The translations under genes were made by a program, and so were the position numbers. DNA of 64,000 nucleotides, from assembly GCA_964361595.1 (NCBI GenBank), contig CAYIAX010000001.1, forward strand, positions 98,128 through 162,127. The letters run 5' to 3'. Below the pieces are notes generated by a model. The model was not told the origin of the DNA and made no database searches. It worked only from the letters and a program-made list of their open reading frames with translations. This DNA is from an uncultured Candidatus Saccharibacteria bacterium. Lineage in GTDB: Bacteria; Patescibacteriota; Minisyncoccia; UBA6257; 2-01-FULL-56-20. Below, piece after piece: positions 1 to 9,784 of the stretch; position 1 is the stretch's first letter; every line of letters begins with the position of its first letter.

Positions 1-169
1 GTTTCATAAATTTTTTCGTGCGCCGGCATGTAAAAGTCATCGGGCGTGAGCATGTCCGCGACTTTGATCACGGCGTTCTTGTCTAAAAGCAAACTGCCTA
101 AAACCGACTGCTCGGCTTCGAGATTCTGCGGCGGCAGTTTAATTCCAGTTTTTTTCTCTGTGATAAGTT

Positions 170-1618
170 TTATTTCCATTGGCGTGGTCTGGCGATCGGC
201 CCGCGCGGGGTATCTTCAACTATATATCCTAAGTCATTAAGTTCTTCCCTCAAACGGTCGGATTGCGTAAATTGTTTACTAGTTCTGTACGTCTCCCGTT
301 CCTCAATGAGTTTCATAATTTTAGGAGAGATTTTAGGCGGGCGCATGGCACGAGTCAAACCCAGGGCCAGGACGGTATCGAATTGCTTGAGGATTTCAAG
401 CTTATCCTCGGGACTCACGTCGCGGGCGGCGAGGAGTTCCCAAGCCAGGGAAAGCGCCTGCGGGGCATTTAGATCATTGTTTAGGGCCGCCGTAAACCGC
501 TCTTCCCAAAGCGGGGGATGCTCTTCCGGGTAAATGTCCTTTTGGATCAAGAGGCCCTTTTCCAAATAGAAAATTTCAAAAGCCAGATTGCGGATTTCGG
601 AGATCATTGCTTGCCAGCCGCTTTGCGCAGCCTCGAGACTTTCCCAGCTGAAGTTGAGGGGCGAACGGTAATGCGTGCTTAAGACCAAATAACGGTAGGC
701 AAGGGGATTGGCGCCGTGTTTTTGGAGGTCGGCGAGCGTGAAAAAATTCTTTTCGGATTTGGCCATCTTGGCGCGGTCGACAAGCAAGAATTCGCCGTGC
801 AGCCAATATTTTGCTAGCGGTTTGCCGAAAGCGGCTTCGGATTGGGCAATTTCGTTCTCGTGGTGCGTGCCGATATGATCTACCCCGCCCGTATGGAGAT
901 CGAACGGCTGGCCGAGAAATTTGCTTGAAATTGCCGAGCACTCGATGTGCCAGCCGGGAAAGCCCGTGCCCCACGGCGACGGCCAATGGAGAATATGGTC
1001 CTTGAAGCGTCCCACGGTTTTAAACCAAAGCGCAAAATCGGCCGGATGACGCTTCTCGTGGTCGGCCACGACTTCGGCGCGGGCGCCGCGCAATTTTTGC
1101 GAAAGTTTCTGGCCGGATAAACGGCCGTACTTTTTGAATTTGGTTACGTCGAAATATACCGCGAGCGGAGTTTCGTAAGCGTAACTCTTTTTTAAAAGTA
1201 GTTTAACGATCTCGATCTGCGCTGGGATGAATTTTGTGGCAGGCGCCAGCGTGGGCGGGACCTCAATGTTCAGTTTTTTGATGTCATCGAGAAATGCTTT
1301 CGTGTAAAACCGAGCAAGTTCGCGCACGGATTTTTTCTCGCGGCGGGCCTCCTTTTCGATCTTATCCTCGCCGGCATCAGTATCGCCGGTAAGGTGCCCC
1401 ACGTCCGTGATGTTCATCACGCGCTTTACCTTATAGCCGTTCCAGACGAGCGTGCGTTCCAAAACATCTTCGAAGATATATGTGCGCAGATTGCCGATAT
1501 GCGCGTAGTTATAAACCGTAGGGCCGCAAGTGTAGAGTCTGACCCGTCCGCGCTTCAAGGGCCTAAAGGTTTCGAGTTTGCGGGAAAGCGTGTTCCAGAG
1601 CCTAAGTTTGAGCGCCAT
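170..1618 (-). CDS. cysS: Cysteine--tRNA ligase
   Basis: 482 aa. Class I aminoacyl-tRNA synthetase with a HIGH motif ([13 protein letters not shown]) and a KMSKS-like motif (KMAKS). Zn-binding Cys and His residues and the C-terminal anticodon-binding region are present. Stop is TAA at 170-172. Confidence 0.9.
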   Translation of the reverse strand: MALKLRLWNTLSRKLETFRPLKRGRVRLYTCGPTVYNYAHIGNLRTYIFEDVLERTLVWNGYKVKRVMNITDVGHLTGDTDAGEDKIEKEARREKKSVRELARFYTKAFLDDIKKLNIEVPPTLAPATKFIPAQIEIVKLLLKKSYAYETPLAVYFDVTKFKKYGRLSGQKLSQKLRGARAEVVADHEKRHPADFALWFKTVGRFKDHILHWPSPWGTGFPGWHIECSAISSKFLGQPFDLHTGGVDHIGTHHENEIAQSEAAFGKPLAKYWLHGEFLLVDRAKMAKSEKNFFTLADLQKHGANPLAYRYLVLSTHYRSPLNFSWESLEAAQSGWQAMISEIRNLAFEIFYLEKGLLIQKDIYPEEHPPLWEERFTAALNNDLNAPQALSLAWELLAARDVSPEDKLEILKQFDTVLALGLTRAMRPPKISPKIMKLIEERETYRTSKQFTQSDRLREELNDLGYIVEDTPRGPIARPRQWK

Positions 1619-1736
1619 TGCCCCATTGTAACACGGTGGTTTTTAATTGACAATATATATTTTTATTGCGAAAGATTATTCGGCGTTAACAATCACATAA
1701 GATTCTAAGCGTCAAAACAATTTGATTTTGGCAATC

Positions 1737-1766
1737 TTGACACGAGACTGCTAATCGCTCTAAAAT
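1737..1766 (+). promoter_or_regulatory. Sigma70-like promoter of hrcA. TTGACA is followed by an 18-nt spacer and TAAAAT. The ATG lies about 9 nt after the -10 box, so the transcript is probably leaderless.
   Basis: TTGACA at 1737-1742 and TAAAAT at 1761-1766. The hrcA ATG is at 1775. Confidence 0.5.
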
Positions 1767-1774
1767 AACCTGGC

Positions 1775-2479
1775 ATGTTATCGGAACGAACAAACAAAAT
1801 TTTGGCAGCTTCCGTGCGTGAGTTCATTCGCGGCGGCGAGCCGATAAGTTCAAGCTTGCTTTTCAAGTGTTATGATTTCGGCATTCGGCCGGCGATGATC
1901 CGATTTGAGTTAAACGAACTTACGGAAGCCGGTTACCTTGAACAGCCCTACCATTCGTCCGGACGGACTCCCACGGATCGCGGCTATGAATTTTTTGCCC
2001 AGCAAGTTTTACAGGAGGTCCCGTCCCCGGATGCTTTCGATCATTCTTTGTTCCGCTGGTTCGAGCGCCAGGCTTGGCCGGAGCTTTTAACCCAGCTTTC
2101 GGATACGCTGGGGCTTCTGGGCGTGGCCACGGATTTTCGCCACGGCGAAGTTTATAAAGACGGTCTCGATGAATTGGTTTCACACATGCAGTGGTCGCGG
2201 CCGGACATCGAGTCCGTCATCCATGATTTTGAGGAATTGGACGAGCGACTCACGCATGCGCGCTCGGTCCTGGACGATGAAGATTTTCTGAAAGTCTTCG
2301 TTGGCCGCAAAAGCCCCGTCACAAAGAGCGAATGCCTGTCGGTTATGGCCGGAGATTATGACTGCAACGGTACGCGCATGCTCTTGTTTGCCATCGGGCC
2401 CAAACGCATGGATTACGAAAAGACGGCGGCGATTTTCAAAGGCCTCAAGCAAAATCAAAAATTAAAAAGCAAAGATTAA
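1775..2479 (+). CDS. hrcA: Heat-inducible transcription repressor HrcA (short form, 234 aa)
   Basis: N-terminal winged-helix region matches the HrcA pattern (R..IL..V..FI..G.P.SS..L......AT.R.E...L...GYL..PHSSGR.PT..GY..F). The gene sits directly upstream of grpE-dnaK-dnaJ. It is shorter than the canonical ~340 aa. Confidence 0.75.
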   Translation: MLSERTNKILAASVREFIRGGEPISSSLLFKCYDFGIRPAMIRFELNELTEAGYLEQPYHSSGRTPTDRGYEFFAQQVLQEVPSPDAFDHSLFRWFERQAWPELLTQLSDTLGLLGVATDFRHGEVYKDGLDELVSHMQWSRPDIESVIHDFEELDERLTHARSVLDDEDFLKVFVGRKSPVTKSECLSVMAGDYDCNGTRMLLFAIGPKRMDYEKTAAIFKGLKQNQKLKSKD

Positions 2480-2521
2480 AGATTCAGATCGCAATTAAGA
2501 TTTTTAAATTTTGATCTAATT

Positions 2522-3055
2522 ATGAACATGGACGAAGAAAACAAAAATAACGGAGCGGCGGAGCCAGTGGTGGTTCCGGAAAACGATCTCGCGGCCAAAC
2601 TTAAAGATTGCGAAGTTAAGCGGGATGAGTATTTGGCCGGCTGGCAGAGAGCGAAAGCTGATTTCATTAATTACAAAAAGGAAGAGATACAGCGGCTCGA
2701 AGAAATGGCGCGTTACGGCAACGAAGAGCTGATTTACGAGGTGATTATGGTTTTAGATAGTTTTGATCTGGGTCTGCGAGCGCTCGAAAAAGCCGGACCA
2801 ATAGAGAAGGGAATTTATATGATTCGCACGCAGCTTGAGGATGTTCTGAAGCGCAGAGGCGTAACCAAGATTCCCATCTCGCCGGGCAGCCCGTTCGATC
2901 CGGCGTTTGCCGAAGCCGTGGCGGAGGCCGATCCGCCCGGCCCCGATTATCCGCCCGGCAGCGTGATTGAGGAAATCGAGAGCGGGTACAAACTTCACGG
3001 TAAAATCTTGAGACCGGCGCGCGTCAAAATAGCAAAAGGGAAAATAGATTCATGA
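2522..3055 (+). CDS. grpE: Nucleotide exchange factor GrpE
   Basis: 177 aa. Has the GrpE coiled-coil and beta-domain signature (dRk.......a..Dfln.R.......e.a.........ll.v.Dnl.lal). It is placed between hrcA and dnaK. Confidence 0.85.
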   Translation: MNMDEENKNNGAAEPVVVPENDLAAKLKDCEVKRDEYLAGWQRAKADFINYKKEEIQRLEEMARYGNEELIYEVIMVLDSFDLGLRALEKAGPIEKGIYMIRTQLEDVLKRRGVTKIPISPGSPFDPAFAEAVAEADPPGPDYPPGSVIEEIESGYKLHGKILRPARVKIAKGKIDS

Positions 3056-3214
3056 TTCACGACGCAAGATTCACGAGTAATTTCTAAAGTCGATAAAAAA
3101 ACAAAAAGTAATCCACAAAGTATCAATGCTGATATGCGAATAATACTAATTATACGGATGAAGAATTAGTATCATTAGTGAAATTAGTATATTCGTATCG
3201 ATACAATACATATT

Positions 3215-5071
3215 ATGGCAAAAATAATCGGAATCGATTTGGGCACAACTAATTCGGCCGTCGCGGTCATGGAGGGCGGCGAGCCGCGGATTTTGGAGAA
3301 TACCGAAGGCAACCGCACGACGTCGTCAATTGTGGCGCTCTCGAAGACCAATGAACGGCTGGTTGGTTTATTGGCCAAACGCCAATCGATCACGAATCCC
3401 AAAAACACGATTTTCTCGGTAAAGCGCCTCATTGGCCGCAAGTGGAGCGATCCCGAGGTCCAGCGCGACAAAGCCTGGCTGCCTTACGAGATCGTGCAGA
3501 GCCCCACGGGTGGCGTGAATGTGAAAATGGGGGATAAGGAATATTCGCCGGAGGAAATTTCTTCTTTCATTTTGGCCAAGCTCAAATCCGATGCGGAGGC
3601 GAAGCTCGGCGAAAAAGTGGAAGAAGCCGTAATCACCGTGCCGGCTTATTTCGACGATGCTCAACGGCAGGCGACGAAAAACGCGGGCGAGATCGCGGGA
3701 CTCAAGGTCAGTCGCTTGGTCAACGAACCGACCGCGGCGGCTTTGGCTTACGGCCTGAACAAAATGAAGAACGAAAAGATCGTCGTCTACGATTTTGGCG
3801 GCGGCACATTCGACATTTCCGTGCTGGAAGTGGGCGACAACACAGTTGAGGTTCGCGCGACGGGCGGAGACACGCACTTGGGCGGAGATGATTTCGACAA
3901 GCACGTAATCGAATATCTGGTGACGGAGTATAAAAAGCAGGAAGGCATTGATGTTTCAAAGGATCCGCTCGCGCTCCAGCGCTTGAAGGAGGCGGCCGAG
4001 CGCGCAAAGCACGAACTTTCTTCCGCGGTCGAAACCGAAATCAATCTGCCGTACGTGAGCTCCGATGCTGCCGGTCCCAAGCACTTCTTAATGAAACTTA
4101 CGCGGGCGAAACTCGAGAGTTTGGTCAAAGATATGATCGATCATTCGATCGAGCTCACGCGCGAAACCGTAACCGCCGCGCCGCCCAAAGGGGCAGGCTT
4201 TAAGCTCGCGGAAATAAACGAAGTGATTCTGGTCGGCGGTCAGACACGCATGCCGGCGATCCAGGAAGCGGTCAAGAACTTATTCGGCAAAGAAGCGCAC
4301 AAGGGCATCAATCCGGATGAGGTTGTGGCCGTGGGCGCCGCGGTGCAGGCGGGGATTCTGCAGGGCGACGTGAAGGACATCCTGCTTTTGGATGTTACGC
4401 CGCTTACGCTCTCAATCGAAACTTTAGGGTCGGTGGCGACGCCGATGATCCCCAAAAATACGACAGTGCCGACATCGAAGACGCAGGTTTTCTCCACGGC
4501 GGCCGACAATCAAACTTCGGTCGAAGTGCACGTGCTCCAGGGCGAAAGGCCGATGGCCTCGGATAATCGCACGCTGGCCAGGTTTATTTTGGATGGTATT
4601 CCGCCCTCGCCGCGCGGCTTGCCGCAAGTTGAAGTTACGTTCGACATTGACGCGAACGGCATCTTGAACGTATCGGCGAAGGACAAGGCGACCAGCAAAT
4701 CACAATCGGTGAAGATCGAGGCGACCACGAGCCTGGCCAAAGACGAAATCGAACGCCTGAAGAGGGAAGCGGTCGAGCATGCGAGCGAAGACGCGAAAAA
4801 GCGCGAACTTGCGGAGGCGAAAAACCAGGCCGAGAGCATGATTTATTTAGCCGAAAAGTCCATGGCTGACGCCGGCGATAAATTGACGGACGAAGTAAAG
4901 CAGCCGATCCAGGAAAAAATCGAGAACTTGAAGAAGATCCGCGAGAGCGAAGACGTGGAGGCTTTGAAATCTGCCCTAGCCGAGCTTTCGGCGGAAATTC
5001 AAAAAATCGGGCAAGCATTCTATAATAAAGGACAAGATGGCACTGCCTCTGGGGAACCAAAATCTAGTTGA
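3215..5071 (+). CDS. dnaK: Molecular chaperone DnaK (Hsp70)
   Basis: 618 aa. Hsp70 signatures [18 protein letters not shown] and [11 protein letters not shown] are present, followed by a substrate-binding domain and a C-terminal lid. Confidence 0.97.
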   Translation: MAKIIGIDLGTTNSAVAVMEGGEPRILENTEGNRTTSSIVALSKTNERLVGLLAKRQSITNPKNTIFSVKRLIGRKWSDPEVQRDKAWLPYEIVQSPTGGVNVKMGDKEYSPEEISSFILAKLKSDAEAKLGEKVEEAVITVPAYFDDAQRQATKNAGEIAGLKVSRLVNEPTAAALAYGLNKMKNEKIVVYDFGGGTFDISVLEVGDNTVEVRATGGDTHLGGDDFDKHVIEYLVTEYKKQEGIDVSKDPLALQRLKEAAERAKHELSSAVETEINLPYVSSDAAGPKHFLMKLTRAKLESLVKDMIDHSIELTRETVTAAPPKGAGFKLAEINEVILVGGQTRMPAIQEAVKNLFGKEAHKGINPDEVVAVGAAVQAGILQGDVKDILLLDVTPLTLSIETLGSVATPMIPKNTTVPTSKTQVFSTAADNQTSVEVHVLQGERPMASDNRTLARFILDGIPPSPRGLPQVEVTFDIDANGILNVSAKDKATSKSQSVKIEATTSLAKDEIERLKREAVEHASEDAKKRELAEAKNQAESMIYLAEKSMADAGDKLTDEVKQPIQEKIENLKKIRESEDVEALKSALAELSAEIQKIGQAFYNKGQDGTASGEPKSS

Positions 5072-6032
5072 GAATCTTGTTACGCCGCGAATCATAAGGC
5101 CCAAGGGTTATTTTAAAGCCTTGGCGCTTGATGTTGCTGCGGTTTTGGCGGCTTTCTTTATGAGTTACGCCTTCAAGCTTTATTTAGCAGAACAAGCATC
5201 TTTGACGTTGGTTATAAGCATTTTGGGTTTATGGGCATTGATTTCGATCTTGCGTACTTTGACGACAAGAACCCTGGGGCGGCGCGCGCTCGTGGCGCTG
5301 CTCCAAACGGCGGCCCTGCTTGTGATCTTTTTAGGAATACCGCTTCAATTCCTGCTCTTGATCGCCGCCGGTGTTTTCATTTTCCTCTTTTGGGGCGAAG
5401 CCAGCGCTTTCACGGAGCTTACGCAAAGCCTGGAGGTAAGATTTTTTCGCACGACCCGCGCGCATGTGAACAGGCTCGTCACCGCCGCGATTATTTTTAC
5501 GCTTTTTATTTATATCGCCACGAACAGCCAAAATCTGTTCGTTTCTGAAAAGAGCTTCACGAAGGTTTACGGCCTTACCGCAGAGGCCGTAAAAAACAGC
5601 TATCCGGATTTGCGGCTTGACTCTACTTTCCGCACGTTTGCCGAAAGCGTTGCAAGGCGGGAGCTTGCAAAACGTCCTGAATATGCTGAGCTAAATACCC
5701 CTATGAAGGAAGCGGCCCTGGCCAAAGCAACGGATGAATCTATGGCGCAGATCCGCGAGACACTCAAGCTTTCCGCAGGAGGGGATGAACAAATGAGTTC
5801 GGTATTCTACAACTTTTTCCGCAGCACGATGGAAGGCTGGCAGAAAACTTTCGGGAAGGCATTTGTCGCGATTTGGGTTATAATCCTTTTCCTGATCCTC
5901 AAGGGTTTTGGCACGCTTTTTTACCTGGGGGTTGGCCTCATCGGTTACTTGCTTTATCAGGGCTTGATCGTTTTAAATGTCATCCATATTATCGGAGAAA
6001 GCCGATCGCGCGAGGTCATAGAATTTACATAA
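5037..6032 (+). CDS. Hypothetical polytopic membrane protein inserted between dnaK and dnaJ
   Basis: 331 aa with several hydrophobic segments. It overlaps the dnaK 3' end by 35 nt, so the true start may be the internal Met near 5160. No recognisable domain. Confidence 0.45.
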   Translation: MALPLGNQNLVENLVTPRIIRPKGYFKALALDVAAVLAAFFMSYAFKLYLAEQASLTLVISILGLWALISILRTLTTRTLGRRALVALLQTAALLVIFLGIPLQFLLLIAAGVFIFLFWGEASAFTELTQSLEVRFFRTTRAHVNRLVTAAIIFTLFIYIATNSQNLFVSEKSFTKVYGLTAEAVKNSYPDLRLDSTFRTFAESVARRELAKRPEYAELNTPMKEAALAKATDESMAQIRETLKLSAGGDEQMSSVFYNFFRSTMEGWQKTFGKAFVAIWVIILFLILKGFGTLFYLGVGLIGYLLYQGLIVLNVIHIIGESRSREVIEFT

Positions 6033-6135
6033 TTTCGAAGCACGAAACTCGAAATCCTAAACAAATTCAAATGAGGATAACTAGAAAAGACCAAAAATGT
6101 TTCGGATTTCGATATTCGAATTTCGGATTTTAACC

Positions 6136-7212
6136 ATGAAGGACTACTACAAAATTCTCGGCGTGACGAAGGCCGCGAGCGAGGACGAAATAAAAAAAGC
6201 TTATCGGAAACTGGCCCACCAGCATCATCCGGATAAATCTGGCGGCAACGAACAGAAATTCAAGGAGATTAACGAGGCCTACCAAGTGCTCTCCGATAAA
6301 ACGAAGCGGGCGAATTATGACCGTTTCGGCACAGCCGAGCCCGGGTTCGGCGGTTTTAGTGGGGGACAAGATCCCTTCGCCGGCTTCGGTTTTGATTGGG
6401 CGGCCAGCCAGCCAGACCTGGGCGACCTGGGCGAAATATTCGAAACATTTTTTGGCAGTGGCTTCGGTCGGCGGCGCCCGACCTATCAGCAGGGTTCGGA
6501 CCTGGAAACCATTCAGGACATCACGCTTGAGGAGGCTTTTCACGGTACGACGAAATCGCTCTTAGTCGAGACCCATCTTGCCTGCGAGGCGTGCAAAGGC
6601 CAGGGTGGCGATCCGGCGGCGGGATTCAAGAAGTGCACAACCTGCAACGGCCAAGGCGAAGTGAGGGAAAACCGGCAGACATTTTTCGGTAGCTTTTCGC
6701 AAGTGAAGGCCTGCGGCATGTGCCACGGCGCGGGCCAGGTGCCGAACAAGACCTGCCCGAAGTGCAAAGGCCAAGGCCGCGTGGCCGGCGAGCGCCGCGT
6801 TGAAGTGCGGATTTTGCCCGGCATCCAGAACGAGCAAATTATCAAGATCAAAGGCGCCGGCGAAGCCGGCGAGCGGGGAACGGGCGCGGGCGATCTCTAT
6901 TTGCGCGTGCATATCAAATCCCATCCGGTTTTCGAACGGCGCGGAGACGATTTGGTAATCAAGAAAGATTTGGATGTTGTAGACTTGCTTTTAGGCAAGA
7001 AAGTGGAGGTGCCGACCGTAAGCGGCGGGCGGATCAAAGTGGAAATTCCAGCGCATTTCAATTTGAAGGAGAATTTGCGCATTCCGGGCGAAGGCATGCC
7101 GCATTTCGGCGCTTTCGGCCGCGGCGATTTGCTTGTGGACTTTACGGTTAAAGCTCCGAAAAAACTCGATCCGAAAATCAAAAAAATTCTGGAAGCGGCG
7201 GAGGAGAACTAG
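6136..7212 (+). CDS. dnaJ: Chaperone DnaJ
   Basis: J-domain (DYYKILGV...HPDK), a G/F-rich linker, four CxxCxGxG zinc-finger repeats, and the C-terminal domain. An alternative upstream in-frame ATG at 6097 lies inside the repeated leader element. Confidence 0.92.
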   Translation: MKDYYKILGVTKAASEDEIKKAYRKLAHQHHPDKSGGNEQKFKEINEAYQVLSDKTKRANYDRFGTAEPGFGGFSGGQDPFAGFGFDWAASQPDLGDLGEIFETFFGSGFGRRRPTYQQGSDLETIQDITLEEAFHGTTKSLLVETHLACEACKGQGGDPAAGFKKCTTCNGQGEVRENRQTFFGSFSQVKACGMCHGAGQVPNKTCPKCKGQGRVAGERRVEVRILPGIQNEQIIKIKGAGEAGERGTGAGDLYLRVHIKSHPVFERRGDDLVIKKDLDVVDLLLGKKVEVPTVSGGRIKVEIPAHFNLKENLRIPGEGMPHFGAFGRGDLLVDFTVKAPKKLDPKIKKILEAAEEN

Positions 7213-7465
7213 GATTTATTATTTGGTCTTACTCGTACGCCTGCCCGCTTCTGGAGGGAACAGGCTAATAATAGGAATTTTGATTTTTTGGCAAAAATCT
7301 CGTAGAGTACATCACGTTCCCGCCCATAGCTCAATCTGCCGAAAGGCAGATAAACTGGTAGACTTGCCCGCCATAGCTTTAGCGAAAGTAAGGCAACCCT
7401 GCCTGTCGGCAGACAGGTCGCCTTACAAGTAAACTTGCTGTCTAGGACGTTCGTCGAAAATAAAT

Positions 7466-7538
7466 GCCTCCTTAGCTCAGTTGGTAGAGCAGCTCCCTTT
7501 TAAGGAGATGGTCGCAGGTTCGAATCCTGCAGGAGGCA
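7466..7538 (+). tRNA. tRNA-Lys (anticodon UUU)
   Basis: Cloverleaf: acceptor stem GCCTCCT/AGGAGGC, D-arm AGCTCAGTTGGTAGAGC, anticodon loop CTTTTAA (anticodon TTT), T-arm GCAGG-TTCGAAT-CCTGC. CCA is not encoded. Confidence 0.85.
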
Positions 7539-7588
7539 CTAAGGCATTTATTCTTAATTCGCTGCTGGCGATATATAATTTCAAAAGA

Positions 7589-8242
7589 ATGAGCTTCGAA
7601 AGGCGATCTGGCGAAAAACTTGAATTCAAATCTTTGCCCGAAGGTGCGGCTCATTTGCGCCAGGCAGTTTTGGCCTGGGAAAACGAGCATCCGGAAACAA
7701 GGACGATTATTTTAGTGGCTGGTCCTTCTGCGGCGGGCAAAGAAACTTTTGTAGGACAGCTTCAGTTAGATGCCGCAGTTCTTAATTTAGATCGTTATTA
7801 CTTAGGCCGCGAACTAATGCAGGAACGGTACGGGAAAGTAAATTTCAGTATTCCTAAAGCGCTGGATCAAGAGCGCATAGAGCGCGATGTAGAAGCAATT
7901 TCCGCCGCTAAACCTGGCGAAGCTGTTAGCGTCCCTGTTTATGATATGAAAGACAGCAGGCGAGTTGGTGAAGAAAAATTCATTATTAAACCCCGTTTAA
8001 TCATGGAAGGGGTTTATGCATTTGTATTAGCGCCATTCGATACTTCTTTTCGAGTCTATGTGGACGCCGAAGATTCAGTGCGTCTCAATCGCAAACTCGC
8101 TCGCGATTCTAAGAAACGAGGTCTTAGCGAAGAAGAGATCCGTGAAAGATTTTTTAATACTGCTAAACCAGCTGTGGAAAAATTTTGTGAACCGCAAAAA
8201 GAGAACGCGACAATTATTGTCCACAATAACGAAAAAGCTTGA
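7589..8242 (+). CDS. udk: Uridine kinase-like P-loop kinase
   Basis: Walker A GPSAAGKET, DRYY, P.YD, MEGVYAF and the RVYVDAEDSVRLNRKLARD motif match the Udk family. The ORF-track start at 7481 lies inside the tRNA, so the Met at 7589 is used. Confidence 0.7.
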   Translation: MSFERRSGEKLEFKSLPEGAAHLRQAVLAWENEHPETRTIILVAGPSAAGKETFVGQLQLDAAVLNLDRYYLGRELMQERYGKVNFSIPKALDQERIERDVEAISAAKPGEAVSVPVYDMKDSRRVGEEKFIIKPRLIMEGVYAFVLAPFDTSFRVYVDAEDSVRLNRKLARDSKKRGLSEEEIRERFFNTAKPAVEKFCEPQKENATIIVHNNEKA

Positions 8243-8363
8243 GATTTTATTACATTCTACAAATGACAGTTATATCTGCATGAAATTAGTGGCCATTTCA
8301 CAGCACTATGATTAGTCATAGTGCCCGAAATTTATGATTAGTAACTTTGAATTTGTTTCGCAA

Positions 8364-9056
8364 TTACTTCGATTCCACGAACGCGTAATTCTGCCAAAAA
8401 CTTTTATAATACTCCAGCTCTTCGCCGCTATGCATTGCGGGATTGGGGAGTGGAGGAGTTAGAACGCCAGGATGAGCTGATTGGATTTGCGGATTTTCTT
8501 TTCCGTCCGGCCAAACCAAGGCGACAATTAAATCATCGCTCGTGGGAATTTCCTGTGACTTTATAAAATTCCTCTGCATTGCATCTGCTCCGGCCGCTCC
8601 GCGCTCTTTATGGTAAACCGCCGGACGCAGTTCATCCGTAATGCGAAGGAGATTACCGAATCCGAGCGGTGCGTTTGGATTTAAACCGTACTCTGCCTTC
8701 AATTCTGGTGTCAATGTAATTTTAAAAATTGTTCTGCGAGGGCCGCGGCGATACCAGGTAAGTCCTTGCTCTCTGCGTTTTGCTTCGGCTAATGCGATCG
8801 CGCGGATCTTTTGCGGGTCATCAATGTGCTGGTCGGGATGGAATTTGGCCCCGTGAGTTTTAAGCAAGCCGTCTAAATAAGTCTCGTCAATAACTTGCTC
8901 GCCCTGCGGCGAGCGGATTTTTTGGCCAAGAAATTTTGCTTTTACCTCCGGCGTAACTTCGTTCAAGTGGCGAAGCAGGTGCAGCTCGTTTTGGAACGGC
9001 AACACTAAATCTTTGATTTTGCCCGGAGCCGGTTCCGGCGAGCCGTAAAACCGCAC
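8364..9056 (-). CDS. Hypothetical protein (possible degenerate J-like HPD motif)
   Basis: 230 aa with no clear domain. The segment KTHGAKFHPDQ...IRAIALAEAKRR weakly resembles J-domain helices II and III. Confidence 0.4.
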   Translation of the reverse strand: MRFYGSPEPAPGKIKDLVLPFQNELHLLRHLNEVTPEVKAKFLGQKIRSPQGEQVIDETYLDGLLKTHGAKFHPDQHIDDPQKIRAIALAEAKRREQGLTWYRRGPRRTIFKITLTPELKAEYGLNPNAPLGFGNLLRITDELRPAVYHKERGAAGADAMQRNFIKSQEIPTSDDLIVALVWPDGKENPQIQSAHPGVLTPPLPNPAMHSGEELEYYKSFWQNYAFVESK

Positions 9057-9153
9057 GCCTTCGATTTCGACAAAGCTTGCGGGGGATTGTTCTACGGGAA
9101 ATTGTTCAGCTATTGTTTAAGTCTACAGCGGTTCGGCAAATTATGCAAAAAAA

Positions 9154-9183
9154 TTGACAGAATATTATTTATTTGCATAATAT
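9154..9183 (+). promoter_or_regulatory. Sigma70-like promoter followed by a canonical Shine-Dalgarno. TTGACA is followed by an 18-nt spacer, TAATAT, then AGGAGG 5 nt before the ATG at 9202.
   Basis: TTGACA at 9154-9159, TAATAT at 9178-9183, AGGAGG at 9191-9196. Confidence 0.5.
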
Positions 9184-9201
9184 AGCCAGCAGGAGGTGCT
9201 C

Positions 9202-9729
9202 ATGCGAGCACAGTTGATGGTGAGCAAAAGCGGGGTGCTTTTGCGGCTCTCGAATCCGGCGGAAGAATTTCCGTCGGAAATTTCCGTGCGAGATGTTTTA
9301 TTCGTGCGGAAAGAGGAGCTGCACGTGATGCTTGTCTCGTCTGGGTTAATGCGAACCCTCGTGGCGCAAGCAGGCGAGCAGGTGATCGAAAAATTGCAGT
9401 CGGTAAGCCAGGATATACGCTTCTGCGTTTATGTTCAACACCGGCTGTATCATGCCTCCAAATCCTCGATTGAGGGCTACAAGGATTCGCTCGTCGCTCC
9501 CCGTAACGTGCCTGATGCGGGCATTTTCTTTCTGAAGGCGAAAAACATTTTGGGCTTGCAGGATACGTTTCCAACCCCGCCGTTTCACGTTACGATCTAC
9601 ACCGCGGACAATTCGCAGAGTCGCGGGGGCGTGGGCCTGTGGTCGAAGGAGGACTTCGAGCGGTATGCAACGGCAGTCCCGCTCCATGCCTTTCCGCCCG
9701 CCGTCCGCGACGCGCTCGCGTCGCTCTAA
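9202..9729 (+). CDS. Hypothetical protein
   Basis: 176 aa. It has a strong promoter and a Shine-Dalgarno sequence. The antisense ORF at 9200-9574 is Arg-rich and looks like a shadow ORF. No recognisable domain. Confidence 0.5.
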   Translation: MRAQLMVSKSGVLLRLSNPAEEFPSEISVRDVLFVRKEELHVMLVSSGLMRTLVAQAGEQVIEKLQSVSQDIRFCVYVQHRLYHASKSSIEGYKDSLVAPRNVPDAGIFFLKAKNILGLQDTFPTPPFHVTIYTADNSQSRGGVGLWSKEDFERYATAVPLHAFPPAVRDALASL

Positions 9730-9784
9730 TTAGTTTCGCGGCCTCGGAATTCTATTCCGGGGCTTTTTCGTGTAAGGTGAATGC

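Noticed and set aside
1619-3214. Canonical CIRCE (TTAGCACTC-N9-GAGTGCTAA) upstream of hrcA, grpE or dnaK
   Set aside because: I searched by eye and found no match. Only AT-rich repeats and a short GTATCGATAC palindrome are present.
3368-5060. Several long minus-strand ORFs inside dnaK (e.g. 3368-3904, 4635-5060)
   Set aside because: They are Arg/Ser-rich antisense shadow ORFs overlapping a strongly supported Hsp70 gene.
7300-7440. Possible second tRNA upstream of tRNA-Lys
   Set aside because: There is no T-arm (GTTCGAATC-like) and no cloverleaf. Only simple hairpins are present.
7481-7588. N-terminal extension of the udk ORF into the tRNA-Lys gene
   Set aside because: The extension would translate through the tRNA. 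The internal Met at 7589 gives a standard Udk N-terminus just before the Walker A motif.
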